Positions 10,969 to 22,772 of a stretch of DNA of 64,000 nt are shown piece after piece; position 1 is the first letter of the stretch, and each line of letters begins with the position of its first letter. The notes under the pieces are model-generated. The model made no database searches and was not told the DNA's origin. It worked only from the letters and a program-made list of their open reading frames with translations. The position numbers and the translations under genes are program-made. Source of the stretch: Bacilli bacterium (GTDB taxonomy: Bacteria; Bacillota_I; Bacilli_A; RFN20; CAG-826); contig JAKVOO010000001.1 in NCBI GenBank assembly GCA_022482735.1, forward strand, positions 838,837 to 902,836. The letters are read 5' to 3'.

Positions 10969-12147
10969 CTAAGCCGATTTTTCCTTGCCTATCCTTTTTC
11001 GACGACCAACGAGAAAACAAATTATAATAATCACTACAACGGCAGCAATTAAAGCAAGAATGTTGTTGGCTAAAATGGCAAGGATATCAAATACAATTGT
11101 AAGAATAAGTGAACCGATTAAAGTTATCAAGAAAATAACTCCTCGCGTTAATTCTCTTATGATGGGCAATATTGAGCCTATGACTTCTATAGGTGCAAGA
11201 ATCATTGATATTGCCAAAAAGAAGAGAGCAAGATATACAATACGCATGATCCATAGAAAAGTTTGGTGTTCGGTATTTAGTTGCTTCACGGCTTCAGCAA
11301 GGGTGCTTACTCCCGCAAAAAAACGTATATAAGATGAGTGTCTTGTCCCGAAAATAGTGACTTTTTTAGCATCGGCCTTAACTAGAGAATTATTCTCTAA
11401 CTTTCCTATCGCCACTCCTTCTTGTCCGCTCATGGCGGCTGTAACTTTTACCCTCTTACTTCCAAGAATTGTTTCTTCGGGAGAAGCATCAATATAAAGC
11501 GCGTCTTGAAAAACTCCTTGGTAAGTGTCCGCGTATAATGTGGCATCGATAGGCTGAACACCAAGACCTAGCATACTTATATCTGTATGGGAAATGGCCA
11601 ATCCATTTATTACGGCGCCTTCGGCACTGAGAGATGCGCTATGAGCATCAATATACAATTGCCAAGAAATCTGGTTGTCATCCACCGAAAATCCACTTGG
11701 CGCACTGCGGATTTCATCGCCCGGATCTCCCACTTTGACAAAGTTTGTCCAAGCTTTTGCCACCGTGTAATAATAAGAAGTTGTCTGACCGCCGCCAATA
11801 AGATCATCCTTTTTTATTTCGTGATGCGTATATACCCATGCGTAGACCTCAACATTAGCATGTAAAGTAAGAAAATCCCCACCATCCACATACTCATTAA
11901 TGAGCGGTTGGCCAGTTGAATTTAATTCCCCTTGTGTATAAACTAAAGCGCCTTCAGGCGAAGTGGCTGAATATTCTATCGCTTTCTTAGCGCTATTAGC
12001 TTGATTGGGTGTCCCCTCTATATGAAAAGGGAGAAATATTCCAATGATGAGTAGAAGAATCCCAATGAATACTGCGCCAATAGAATGGAGGAATCTTTGA
12101 AAAACATTTTCTCTTTTAACTGACATTTTTTTCTTTCCTTTCTTCAA
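10969..12147 (-). CDS. Membrane protein with one N-terminal TM, a ~260-aa extracytoplasmic domain and three C-terminal TMs. The topology resembles TMEM43/DUF1625.
   Basis: Hydrophobic segments at residues ~22-41 and three after residue ~300. No recognisable catalytic motifs. Confidence 0.4.
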   Translation of the reverse strand: MKKGKKKMSVKRENVFQRFLHSIGAVFIGILLLIIGIFLPFHIEGTPNQANSAKKAIEYSATSPEGALVYTQGELNSTGQPLINEYVDGGDFLTLHANVEVYAWVYTHHEIKKDDLIGGGQTTSYYYTVAKAWTNFVKVGDPGDEIRSAPSGFSVDDNQISWQLYIDAHSASLSAEGAVINGLAISHTDISMLGLGVQPIDATLYADTYQGVFQDALYIDASPEETILGSKRVKVTAAMSGQEGVAIGKLENNSLVKADAKKVTIFGTRHSSYIRFFAGVSTLAEAVKQLNTEHQTFLWIMRIVYLALFFLAISMILAPIEVIGSILPIIRELTRGVIFLITLIGSLILTIVFDILAILANNILALIAAVVVIIIICFLVGRRKRIGKEKSA

Positions 12148-12276
12148 AAAGCCTAATTTGACTTTTTACTTATTTAAAAAACAAAGTCAATTTTGATTTA
12201 ATCAACCTTTGACGATTTTTAAAATATATATGTAATGAGTTATTTATTTTTAGTAATTAAATTAAATACAAAAGCG

Positions 12277-12346
12277 CAAAAAAAATGCAAGTCGCTTAAC
12301 CAAGTAAAAGTTAATTCGAACTTGCATTATTTTTTATAGAAAAACT
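12277..12346. terminator. Rho-independent terminator downstream of the lipoprotein gene 12362..14760. The hairpin is flanked by T/A runs on both strands.
   Basis: AATGCAAGTCG ... CGAACTTGCATT stem followed by TTTTTTAT; the reverse complement is followed by TTTTTTTTGCGC. Confidence 0.55.
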
Positions 12347-12361
12347 ATAACTAATATATGA

Positions 12362-14760
12362 TTAGGCAACAACTATATTGGTGAAAGCAACTTTTCTTGT
12401 CTGAGCTCTTAAACCATAGTATGTTCCTAGGAGCGGAGCGCTATCGGTAAAATCAATCAAAGCGACTTCATTAATACTAACTTGAATTCGCCCAGCGTTT
12501 ATTGCAATACTGACTGCGCTATTTTGCGTCAAGTAATCTCCCGCTGGCGCGGAAGCAAGAGTTGTCCACCCATTGTCAACTTTTGCCAATACTGCATCGT
12601 TATTTACGCTAATAAAGAAGAAATAGTATGAGGCATCTTCCCAAGTGACATTTGGATTATTGAGAGCAAAAATGACTCCATTATCTCCGTGAACGTCTTT
12701 TTCTTCCATCGAATAAGCAAAACTATTTGTCACTCCCGGTGTTTTAAAGACCGCCAAATTATCATTGGTCACCGTTTCGTAACCATTGGCGATTTCCTTT
12801 GTCCAGCCGTGATTATTGGTATAAGCTTCAGGGATTGGTTGATTACCTAACCCATTGGTTACGATACCGGCACTAGAATAGACGACATCCGGATTTTGAG
12901 CTCTTAAGCCCACTCGACTTCCGCTCAAAGGAGCACTATCGGTATATTCGATGACTTTTACTCCATCTACATAACACTCGATAAGTCCGTCTTCATGTAA
13001 TTCGGCCTTTAATTCGTAAGTATCCAGAGGGTCAAATCTCGTTTCCAAAATTGGCGAATAGGATAAGGTCGTCCAAACGGATGGCATCGTTTTGTCTACC
13101 TTGGCTAATAGTAATGTCGCATTGACATTCAGAAAGAAGAAATAATAAGAAACTCCGTCTTCGGTTTCCCAAAACGAACTATTGTCCCCAGTTGAAACTG
13201 CAAAGACGATACCCGAATCATTTTTGACTTGGGGAGTAATGTTTGCCTTATAGGCATTCCCAACAGTTATCGCATCCGTTTTAGCTAAAACTAGTGAACC
13301 GCCCGATTTAGAAGTAATATTTTCCGTCGTTTCATCAAAAGCTCCTGCGTAAAGATCGTAGTTAACGAGAGTATATTCTGGCCGTGGAGTAATTTCAGAC
13401 GAAACGGAAATATCCTTATATACTGTGTTGGCTTTTTGCGCCCGGAATCCATAGGATGTTCCGGTTAATGGGGAAGCATCTTGATAAGAAATCCTTTCAA
13501 ATCCATTGCAATAAACAATAATGGTTCCATCTTCTGACCACTCAACTTTTAAATCGTAATTCTTATTCATTGAAGCGTAGTCTGGCATTGATAACGACTT
13601 AAGTTCATTCCAGGCTCCATTACTTACCTTAGCTAGATAAATTCCTCCCCAAGCGGTTTTAAATGCAAAGTAATAACTAGCATCCGCCTCCCAGAAAAAT
13701 TTATTTTGATAAGATTGATCAAGTCCGAAAATAATGCCCGTATCTCCTTCATCTCCATTTTCAACAATGGTTGTTTCCATTGTGCCATGCGCCCAAGTAT
13801 CATTGCGGACTACCGCAAGAGAATCGTTGATAGTACTGACTAAATTATCGTTATCATCAAGAGCAAATTTCCCATTAGCAACGTTATATCCAGCGAATAA
13901 TGGATCAGTTTTAACATCCTCTTCTACTTGGGGACCATCAAAAATTGTTCCTTCACCGCTAGTGCGATATCCTACACTAGTGCCACTTAAAATTACCTCA
14001 TCATGATAACGAATATATTGCTTATCATTGACAAAACAATTAATGTTACCATCTTCAATCGATACTGCCAAAGAAACAGTATTACCATTGGTGTAGTTTT
14101 CAAGTGGTACCACATTGCCTAACTGGTTCCAAACCGACTCTCCATCGGCCGTTATTTTCGATAAATAAGCGTTATTATCTACATTAATAAAGAAGAAGTA
14201 ATACGCCGTTCCGCTCTCGCTTTCCCAAAAGTGATCACTGGTATGTGAAAGACCAAAAATAATTCCGGAATCACTAGTGCCTACACTATTTTTCGCCATA
14301 TCAACACTGTAGGTTCCTGTAGTAAAAGACATATCTTTAATTGAAACTAAACTATTGCTTTCACTCGATACAAGCGAACCATCTTCATACCGAAAACCAC
14401 CTTGATAAACATCATATCCTGCCAACTTATAAATAGCATGAACAACGATATCCTGCTCACCTAATGTATAGTCTTCCCAACTGCCAACATATCCGGTTTT
14501 AGTTGGGACGTCCGGTTCGACAATTGATGTATCGCCAATTGTGAAGGTGACTGTTTCTACCACTTCTCCATCTGCTAAAAAAGTAACTGTTTTCGTCAGT
14601 AAAACGGAAGAAGAATCTTCTACGGAAGAACTAGTATTTTCACTGGTAGGAACCTCTGTGGTACCACTCGTAGAACTACTAATTGAAGAAGAAATTTCGC
14701 CATTACAACTAGCAAGTAGTAACAGCGCTGTTATTGAAAGCGTCAATAAACCTTTTTTCA
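12362..14760 (-). CDS. Large surface lipoprotein with four tandem ~115-aa LamG/DUF1080-like beta-jellyroll repeats ('..IFGL...FWE...SYYFFFINV..A.L.KV.....W..L' ... 'G.R..G..F'). Probable start at 14760 (MKKGLLTLSITALLLLASCNG); the ORF track extends to 14794.
   Basis: Lipobox LLASC with a GGAAAGGA RBS before the ATG at 14760. Four internal repeats share the SYYFF(F/A)(I/L/K)N motif and a G.R(A/T)..G..(F/Y) C-terminal motif. Confidence 0.7.
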
Positions 14761-14836
14761 TATTGTTTTCCTTTCCGATATTTGGTTTATGCAATAATAA
14801 ATCCCTTTTTATTGTTATTTTTCCAATGTTATCCTC

Positions 14837-16582
14837 CTAATGTTTTTCCATAATTTTTTTGATAGTTGAAATATCAACTTTGACCTTGCGATCAATCGTA
14901 ACCAATCCATTTTTTTCCTGTTCAACATCACTAAATTGGGTGTAGCAGAAACCGGATAAATAAGGCAAATCATAAATAACCTCAATCAACTGCCGGTAGC
15001 GAGTGTAAAACTCTTCAATGCCATCGGTGGCGCCGCCATATCCCCATCCATCCGCGGTATCCTTTTTCAAGGCAGCTCCGCCAAATTCTGAAAAAATAAA
15101 TGGCTGTCCTTCATACTTGTATCCATCTGCCAATAAATTGCGCATCGACAATGAGGATGTTTTTCCGCTCATAACTAAATTAATATCCTTATAAAAACTC
15201 AAAAGTTTATCCGCCGATTGTTCATAATTATGAATAGTAAGAATATCGCTTTTTGTATGTTCCCAACCGTCGTTGCTTATTGCCGGTCGATAAGGATCAA
15301 ACGCTTTGGTTAATAAGTAAAGTGCATCTACAAAACTCTGTTCTAATCGATTTTCACTGATTTCTCGTATCCCCCATGATTCATTGAATAATACCCAAAC
15401 AAATATGGAGGGATGATTATAGTATTGATGGAGTATTTCCATCCATTCCTTAAGAACATTGCGATTGGCTTCAAGATTGAAAATATGGGGGGATGGCATC
15501 TCGCACCATACAATAAGTCCCAATTCATCACATAAAGCAAGAAATCTCTCATCAATGATTGTTTGATGAATTCGAATACCGTTGAATCCCAACTCCTTCA
15601 ATAAAAGAATATCTTTTCGAGCGCTCTCTAAGTCAGGCAAAGTCATATTGCTTAGTGGCCAATAAGCCTGGTATAAGCAGAGTTTAGAATAAAAGCTAAA
15701 GCCGTTGAGCAACAATTGTCCCTGATGAGCTCGATACTCTCTAAATCCAAAATATGAATCTACTTTGTCTTCTACTATTTGATCTTCACTAAGTGTCAAT
15801 TTGACATCATAAATCTTCGGCCTATCTGGATGCCAAAATTCATTTTGAAAAGAAAGATAAGGGCTTGCCAGTTCGATAACAATTTTCCCCGATGGATATG
15901 CTAAGGAAGTTATAACCCTGTTGGTGGCTATTCCCTCAAATGATATCTCACTACTCAAAGTAAGACCCGGATGAAAGTTATCAATAACATATTCAATTTC
16001 AACATTCATCTGCTCAACACGGGGGGTAACTTTTATTTCCCTAATCCGGGTGAAATTAATTCTTTCTAACCATACTGACTTCCAAATACCGCTGGCTTCC
16101 TTATACCAGCAACCAAAATTATCATTCATCCACTTTTGTTTGCCTCGGGGCTGAGCGACATTATAAGAGTCAAATGTCCGAACTACCAATTTGTTAACTC
16201 CCACTACCATCGCCTGATTAAGACATAGAGAAAAACGCGCATATGCCCCTTCATGACTGCCGATAAATTGGCCATTTAGATAGACGTCTGCCCGGTAATC
16301 AACCCCTTCAAAATTAATCATTACATCGTGTAGAAAATCATCTTTACTAATCGTGATTTCGCGCTGATACCATAAAACATCAACGCGTTTCTTTTGATTA
16401 ATTCCACTGAGCGGGGTGGAATAAACAAAGGGCACCTTTATGGTTTGACTTGCGTTAAAACCACGATAATAGCCTTCCTTTAAGCCTATATTTCCCTCAT
16501 CGAAAATAAATTCCCATTCTCCATCCAAAAGTTCGAAATTTTCACGTCTTAGTTGCGGGCGTGGATAACTGCTATTAATCAT
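14837..16582 (-). CDS. GH2-family glycoside hydrolase, intact 581-aa paralog of 734..2468.
   Basis: N-terminal segment 'WYQREI...FEGVDYRADVYLNGQFIGSHEGAYARF' matches the beta-glucuronidase sugar-binding domain. Acid/base 'VLFNESWG'. Nucleophile 'IFSEFGG'. Confidence 0.85.
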   Translation of the reverse strand: MINSSYPRPQLRRENFELLDGEWEFIFDEGNIGLKEGYYRGFNASQTIKVPFVYSTPLSGINQKKRVDVLWYQREITISKDDFLHDVMINFEGVDYRADVYLNGQFIGSHEGAYARFSLCLNQAMVVGVNKLVVRTFDSYNVAQPRGKQKWMNDNFGCWYKEASGIWKSVWLERINFTRIREIKVTPRVEQMNVEIEYVIDNFHPGLTLSSEISFEGIATNRVITSLAYPSGKIVIELASPYLSFQNEFWHPDRPKIYDVKLTLSEDQIVEDKVDSYFGFREYRAHQGQLLLNGFSFYSKLCLYQAYWPLSNMTLPDLESARKDILLLKELGFNGIRIHQTIIDERFLALCDELGLIVWCEMPSPHIFNLEANRNVLKEWMEILHQYYNHPSIFVWVLFNESWGIREISENRLEQSFVDALYLLTKAFDPYRPAISNDGWEHTKSDILTIHNYEQSADKLLSFYKDINLVMSGKTSSLSMRNLLADGYKYEGQPFIFSEFGGAALKKDTADGWGYGGATDGIEEFYTRYRQLIEVIYDLPYLSGFCYTQFSDVEQEKNGLVTIDRKVKVDISTIKKIMEKH

Positions 16583-16585
16583 AAT

Positions 16586-19050
16586 TTATTTAACTCCTGT
16601 AATTTTTAAATCCTTATAGTATGATTCGGCCGATATCGAATATAATCCAACCATACCATGGGTAAAAGGATCGGGATCGGTATATTCAAAAGCATATTCA
16701 CCATCAAAGTAAACTTTAATATTGTTGCCTTTGCATATCGCTCGCATTTCGTGATAAACATTAAGTGTAAAGTCGCCCGTTAGCGAGGCAACGGTCATTC
16801 CGTTATAATTCATCCGCTCCATCACTAGTTGCATGTTATTAAAGGTGACAAGATATCCCTCGGCACATTCGTTAACTTGCCCACTCATAATGGAAGGATT
16901 GAGTGTGCGCAACATAATTCCCGCCGATGCTCCATTGCTTGAATCCATCGTTATTTTAACTTTGACACTTACTTCATAATCGGTCATTCCTTCACTACCG
17001 AAAAGAAGCATATTATTACTTCCCGCTTTTGAGTAATGGGCCTGTTCCTGCTCATCAATTTTCCATAACGTCATATATTTAGAACCCTGACTCACATAGT
17101 CCGACAAGTCGTTTTCAAAATTGGGAGAAAATTCACTATCGACAAAGGTATTGTAATAAAGACTTTCATACTTACCTGATACCAATTCGAATTTGATTGT
17201 ATGCAATCCCTTAGTTAAAGGAAGCTCCAAAAGAAGGTTTTTAATATAGGTTAAATTTTCTTCATAACTGCCATAGTTGTTTGCAAAATTCGCTCCTGGA
17301 AGTTCAACTAGATATGGTAAATTGTTATCAATTTGAATAGTTATTTTGCTTCCAATCGAAGCCATTGAATAAGTGTTCTCGATACCATAGAATCCATCTT
17401 CAAGAACATCGATAGGGAAAACGATTTTATCTTTACTCTTGCTGAGACGAACTCCATTAGCTTCGGAATATATTAGACGATCATCATTAATATCGTGGTC
17501 TAGTGTATATTGACTATCAATTGTAGAAATGTCCTTTAAGTAATCAGTTGCAAACCAGTCACTTCCAACAATTTTCGCATCATCGCTCTGACTTGAGTCA
17601 AATGCCGCATTGGCAAATGTTGTGGTTCCAATTGATGATTGTTCCATTCCACCGTAACCGATCTTTCCTTTTAAGATTGTTTCAGAAATGGTGCTGTCAA
17701 TTTTTGTTAGATTATCGAATGCCACTTTAAGTCGTTGATTACCATAGCTTAAACGAAGTGTGTGCAGTTGCGTAAAATCAAATTCTCCAATTAAACTTCC
17801 TTGGGCTACAAGGACTTGATTGTAGTAAACGTTGATGCTTTTCCCATCAATTGTTGCGTAGCCACTATTAGTACCATCCACTCCAAAAAGGAATTTGCTA
17901 CTGCCATCCGACTTTATATCTTTAAAGTTATATTCGACCGAAAAGGTATCCGCCGTTGCTAATGATGAATAATAACTTCCGTTACTTTCTTCAAGCGAAC
18001 CTTCCTTTTCTCCCAAACTAGTATTATCTGAAAGAACGTAAAATTCCGGCATCATTGGAACCATCGCTCCTTGATAAGTCGGGCCTAAAACATTCATTCT
18101 CGTTCCCGAAAAAGTTAAACGGTTGATATTGAATGATCGAACTGGACCCGAAGCTGAATCCAAATTGTGGTATGCAATATAATAACTATCCAAATTGGGC
18201 CCCAGTACTGTTGAAGAATGACCTAGCCCGTTCTGCTCGCCCATACTGGATAGCAATAATGAATTATTGCTTGGATATTCAAATCCAGTCCGGGGAGAGG
18301 AGGAAAAGGAATAATCAACTCGGTATCCGCGCGACTTAACATGATTTCCCGTATAGGTAAGGAAATAATTATCATCATGTTTTATCATGTATGGGCCTTC
18401 TGTCCATTTTACTAACGGAGAATAGAGTTCTTCACCACTAGTGTTATCAATTTCGGTTGGAGAATTCATCTCATAGGAAGTTATCGCCCCATCGCCAGCC
18501 GCCATAAAATACATTTTTTCATCATCATCAATAAATACACTGCCATCAATTGAAAGACCAATGTTAGAAGTAACAGCCCTAAACTCACCAAATGGTTGGC
18601 GATCAACCGACTTAAAGATGTAATGCCCTTTACCATCCGGAGAAGAGTACATATAAAAGTCACCATTCCAATAAATAACTTCAGGAGCGTAAGCAGTATG
18701 AAGACCTGTTGTTGATCCATCAGCTTGGGTAAGAGGATACTCACCTAAATAACTATAGTGAATAAGATCATGTGACTTCCACACCCGATAGCCATATTCA
18801 AAATTTTTGGTGGAAGCATATAAATAGTACTCACCGTTAAATCGCATGACATAAGGATCGCCGATTCCATAATTACTCCATTGGTCGGGAATATTTCCTC
18901 ACCAAATATGTTGTCATATCGATCGCGCTCTTGTAGCTGATAATTTACTTCTGAGAAACCTTTTAAATTTTTCATATCATCTTTCCCTCCACATGAACTG
19001 AGCATCAACACAATCGGAAGGACCGTTAATAGAATTTTTGTTTTTTTCAT
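16586..19050 (-). CDS. GH43-family multidomain lipoprotein with a C-terminal LamG/DUF1080-like repeat. One frameshift near 18890..18900 separates the signal-peptide ORF 18745..19050 from the body 16586..18847.
   Basis: MKKTKILLTVLPIVLMLSSCGG then 'NIFGEE'. Shifting frame gives 'NIPDQWSNYGIGDPYVMRFNGEYYLYAS' (classic GH43 N-terminus). WTEGPYM acid. C-terminal domain '...GMVGLYSISAESYYKDLKI'. Confidence 0.8.
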
Positions 19051-21855
19051 ATGGCAACTCCTTTAGCAATTTGGCTATAAATTGTTCCTTGCCCATTAGC
19101 ACGAATGCCGTAACTTTCGCCCGTCAAGCGATTTAAATCCTTATAGGAAATTAACTTATTATCATTTAAATACCCATCGATGGTCTTCCCATTCCAAACA
19201 ACTTTTAGACTGTATTGATTGGCTAATTGATAGGCGGAAATACTAATCTTAGTTAATTCAGAATAAGTGCCATCAACAATTTTGCTTAAGACAAGATCGC
19301 CATTAATCGATATAAAATAGAAATAATACGATACGCCGCTTTCCCAAAAGTAGGTTTGATTATTAGTGGAAAGACCAAATATGAGCCCATTGTCACTAAA
19401 AGATGTTGCTTGAAGATTAACTGCGATAAAACTTCCATCATTAATGAAAGTGTCGCTGTTATTTACAAGAATGGAATAAGCAGAAGAGGCAACATAACTA
19501 TTATCATTTTTAGTGAAATCACCACTTGCGATATCGTAGCCAACGATTGTGTCATCAATTGGGGGAAGTGATAGTTGATCGCGAATTAAATCTCTTATTA
19601 GCTTATAGGCCCCGCGATTAAGATGCAGTCCATCGGCAAAATAACCATTAATATATTGATTTTCGCTATCTAAGAATAAATTTGCCGTATCGATAAACTT
19701 GATGTTGGCACTGGCTGTTGCTAGTGATGATAAATAACTATCAATTTCATCGATGCTCGTTTTATATTGATCACGCATTGGACACTTGTGGATTCCGATG
19801 ATGACAACAACCAAGTCGGGCATTTGCTCTTGAATTTGATTTATGAATAGACTGTAATTATTCTTAATTACTTGGGCGCTGGCTCCCATTGGCAAATCAT
19901 TAGTTCCCATATCAATAAATAGCGTTGAAGGATTGTATGTTTTTATAATTTCAAGCATCGATAACCAGTAGGTGGTTGTCGTTCCTCCAACTCCTAGATT
20001 TGTAACGCTGCCGACGCCATTAAGATCAATGCTGGCATTTGCCCATAGTTCCATAATTGAATCCCCAACAATCAAAGCATCTGTTTGATCATTAGTAAGG
20101 TTGGAGTTGCTATTTAAGGAGCTAAAAATTGTTCCTTTAAAAAGAGACTTAATTCCAAATTGATTACCACTAAGCGGATTCTCATCACGGAATAAAATCA
20201 GTAATTTGTTTTCAAAATAGCCTTTTATGAGGCCCTCCTCAAAAGAGACCTTTAAGTTGTATTGGCCTATTAACGCTATAACCCGCGGTTAAAAGACGAG
20301 TGGAGAGATTAGTGATGGTTCCATTTTCTACTCGATCAAGAACTAGCTCGTGACCGGTATTGATCATTAATTGATAATAACTGGCATTATTCTCATAGAA
20401 AGAATCGCTATTTGACGCTAATCCAAAGACGAGCCCGTACTGATTGAGTCGAAGGGCAACCGCATCGATACTTAAGGTGCCTCTATCTAAAGTAGCATCA
20501 CTTTTTATCATCAGTGATGATTGCGCTGTAGCGACATAGCCACCATCGTTTTTATATCCACCGCTAACCGTATTAAAACCGGAAATAGCTTCGCCTGGTT
20601 CATCGTTCGTATCAACAATTGTTGATTCACTGGTAACAAGAGGACTAAAAGTGACTCCTTCTGCTCCTGCTCGTAATCCAATTCGTGTCCCTGTAAGAAA
20701 TGAACTGTCCGTATAAGTAATATAGACCGTGTCGTCTATCAGCCCATATATCGTATTGCCTACTACAACCACCCTCAAATTAATCGTTTTATTGGTCGTA
20801 AAACTGGCGACATTAGATGAAACTTGTATCGTATTCCACGTTCCATTTACCACCTTACCCAGAAAGGCATTACTGTCGCGATTGATAAAGAAGAAATAAT
20901 ACGATGCTCCGCTTTCCCAAAACAATGCATCCGTAGCTGATAGGCCAAATACAATGCCATTATCGGAGAAACTGGGTGTATTCATCGTTGCTGTAATGGT
21001 TCCTTGATTGAAACCAACCTCTGATAAAGTCATCAATGAATTTGCACTACTCGATGTATAGTTTCCATCATTGTTTTTAATAAAAGTTCCACTATTGATC
21101 ATATAATTATCTATCTCCTCGGTTTGGACTCCCGTTTGATTAATTGCCACATATGTATTAGGAATTTGCGGATCAGGCGTCCACCCAAACCAATCTGATG
21201 TCGTCAAATTGGTCGTCTTATTCCGACAACCAAAAGCAATGCCAACGGTCGAGGCTTGGTCAAAGCCAAACGTTTCATAAGGTAAAAATAATTCTACCGA
21301 CCAAGAGATATCATCGTCGGCATCATTATTGAGAGTGCCATCAATGCTGACCGCATAATCAACAACCCCACTCCAAGGTCCCCACCATTTGCCCCCGCCA
21401 ACTTGAAGCATGGCGTACCCTTCCGGATTAATTAAGAACTCATAATCATCAGTTTGCGGACCATTGCCTCCATCATGTTTTGTATCAATATAAAATTCGA
21501 CATTGTCGCTATTAATAACAAATTCTGAATCAGAGTAATTTGTTGAAGCGCTGATAAATTGATCTAATAATGTAAAACCGACGGTCAATCCTTTTTCGCC
21601 CCAAAATATTTTAGAAGAAACACGGTTGTTTTCTCCAAAATGACAATTAAAAATATCGGGATCGCTCCATTCTTCCTCATCAAGAACACCATCGATTTTT
21701 AAATCGCTAGCTACCATATTTCCTGGATACGTAAAGTCGCTATTGCCTGAAGACTTATCATTTTGACTTGCATAATCGCTCGGGTTAATTCCACATGAAC
21801 TTAATGCCAATAGTCCCCCGGCTAATAAAATTACCCAATTAAAGTGTTTTTTCAT
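19047..21855 (-). CDS. Multidomain surface lipoprotein: CBM9-like domain, two LamG/DUF1080-like repeats, an SGNH/GDSL esterase domain (putative acetyl-xylan/carbohydrate esterase) and a third LamG-like repeat. A 1-nt frameshift at ~20245..20252 splits it into ORFs 20239..21855 and 19047..20075.
   Basis: Lipobox LALSSCG. 'IDGVLDEEEWSD...DNVEFYIDTKHDG...DDYEFLI' is CBM9-like. Reading across the frameshift, repeat 2 continues in-register ('...RPIQLK|VSFEEGLIKGYFENKLLILFRDENPLSGNQFGIKSLFKGTIF'). The SGNH frame has no stop back to 20289. SGNH blocks: GDS (IVGDSIME), GTND, DGLHLN. Confidence 0.75.
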
Positions 21856-21869
21856 TTTCAGCGCTCCTT

Positions 21870-22772
21870 TTAATTGTCTTTTGAACTTGAAAGCATAAAA
21901 GTATTCACAAAATATTTTTGAAACACAACATAAATTGCAATCGTGGGAATACTCGATAAAACCGAGCCCGCCATAATCGTCGGAAGATTCTTCAAGGTTC
22001 CACTTCCGGTTTGATTATCCAAATACTTAATCATTACTTGAATAGTTTTATTGTTTAGAGTTTGAAGGTAAATGTCGGGTCCAAAGACATCATTCCAAAT
22101 TCCCAAGAACCAAAATATTACTTGAGCGGCAATAGCTGGACGAACTAAGGGTAGGAATATATTCCAATACAAACGGAAAAATCCACATCCATCCACCTCC
22201 GCCGCTTCGTAGACACTATCTGGAATACTTAAAGCATATTGGCGAAGAAAGAACATCATCGAAACATTGCCGAAAAGTCCCGGTAAAATTAATGGATATA
22301 AAGTGTCGACCAATCCTAGATGAGAAAAAGCACTAAATTGAGGGGTCAAAACTGTAATATAGGGAACCATCATTGTCGTAAGTACCATATAAAATAGGAA
22401 GTTTTTACCTCTAAAACGAAGTCGAGCAAAAGCAAAGGCTGCCATTGTTGTCGACAATGTTCCAAACGATATTACAAAGGCCTCGATAATTAGGGTGTTA
22501 ATGAAACCTCGGGCCAAAGGAATTATCGTAAAAATATCAACATAATTACTGAGGGTAAATTCTTTGGGAAATAGATAGAAGGCTAAGTTGTTTACTACTT
22601 CATTTCCTGACTTAAATGACATTGAAAGCATATATAAGTAAGGAAATAGCATTAAGAAAGCAACAAATAAAATAATGAACAGAACGATAACTTTAATCGT
22701 ATAAAAGGAGGCACTATAATGTTTTTTATTTGTTTTTGGCGCTATATTTTTAGCAATATTAACTGAGTTCAT
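21870..22772 (-). CDS. Carbohydrate ABC transporter permease (MalG-like).
   Basis: Multi-TM protein with the EAA region 'YEAAEVDGCGFFRLYWNIFLPL'. Confidence 0.85.
   Translation of the reverse strand: MNSVNIAKNIAPKTNKKHYSASFYTIKVIVLFIILFVAFLMLFPYLYMLSMSFKSGNEVVNNLAFYLFPKEFTLSNYVDIFTIIPLARGFINTLIIEAFVISFGTLSTTMAAFAFARLRFRGKNFLFYMVLTTMMVPYITVLTPQFSAFSHLGLVDTLYPLILPGLFGNVSMMFFLRQYALSIPDSVYEAAEVDGCGFFRLYWNIFLPLVRPAIAAQVIFWFLGIWNDVFGPDIYLQTLNNKTIQVMIKYLDNQTGSGTLKNLPTIMAGSVLSSIPTIAIYVVFQKYFVNTFMLSSSKDN

Noticed and set aside
18745-19050. 101-aa ORF with a lipoprotein signal peptide, which could be called as an independent small lipoprotein.
   Set aside because: After the signal peptide the reading frame turns to nonsense. 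A -1 shift gives NIPDQWSNYGIGDPYVMRFNGEYYLY, which continues directly into the GH43 ORF 16586..18847. It is the N-terminus of that gene.
12362-21855. Possibility that the recurring 'SYYFFFINV' and other repeats reflect DNA-level repeats, a CRISPR array or mobile-element duplication.
   Set aside because: The repeats are conserved only at the protein level, with divergent codons and different spacing. I found no short direct DNA repeats with unique spacers and no transposase, integrase or IS termini anywhere in the window.
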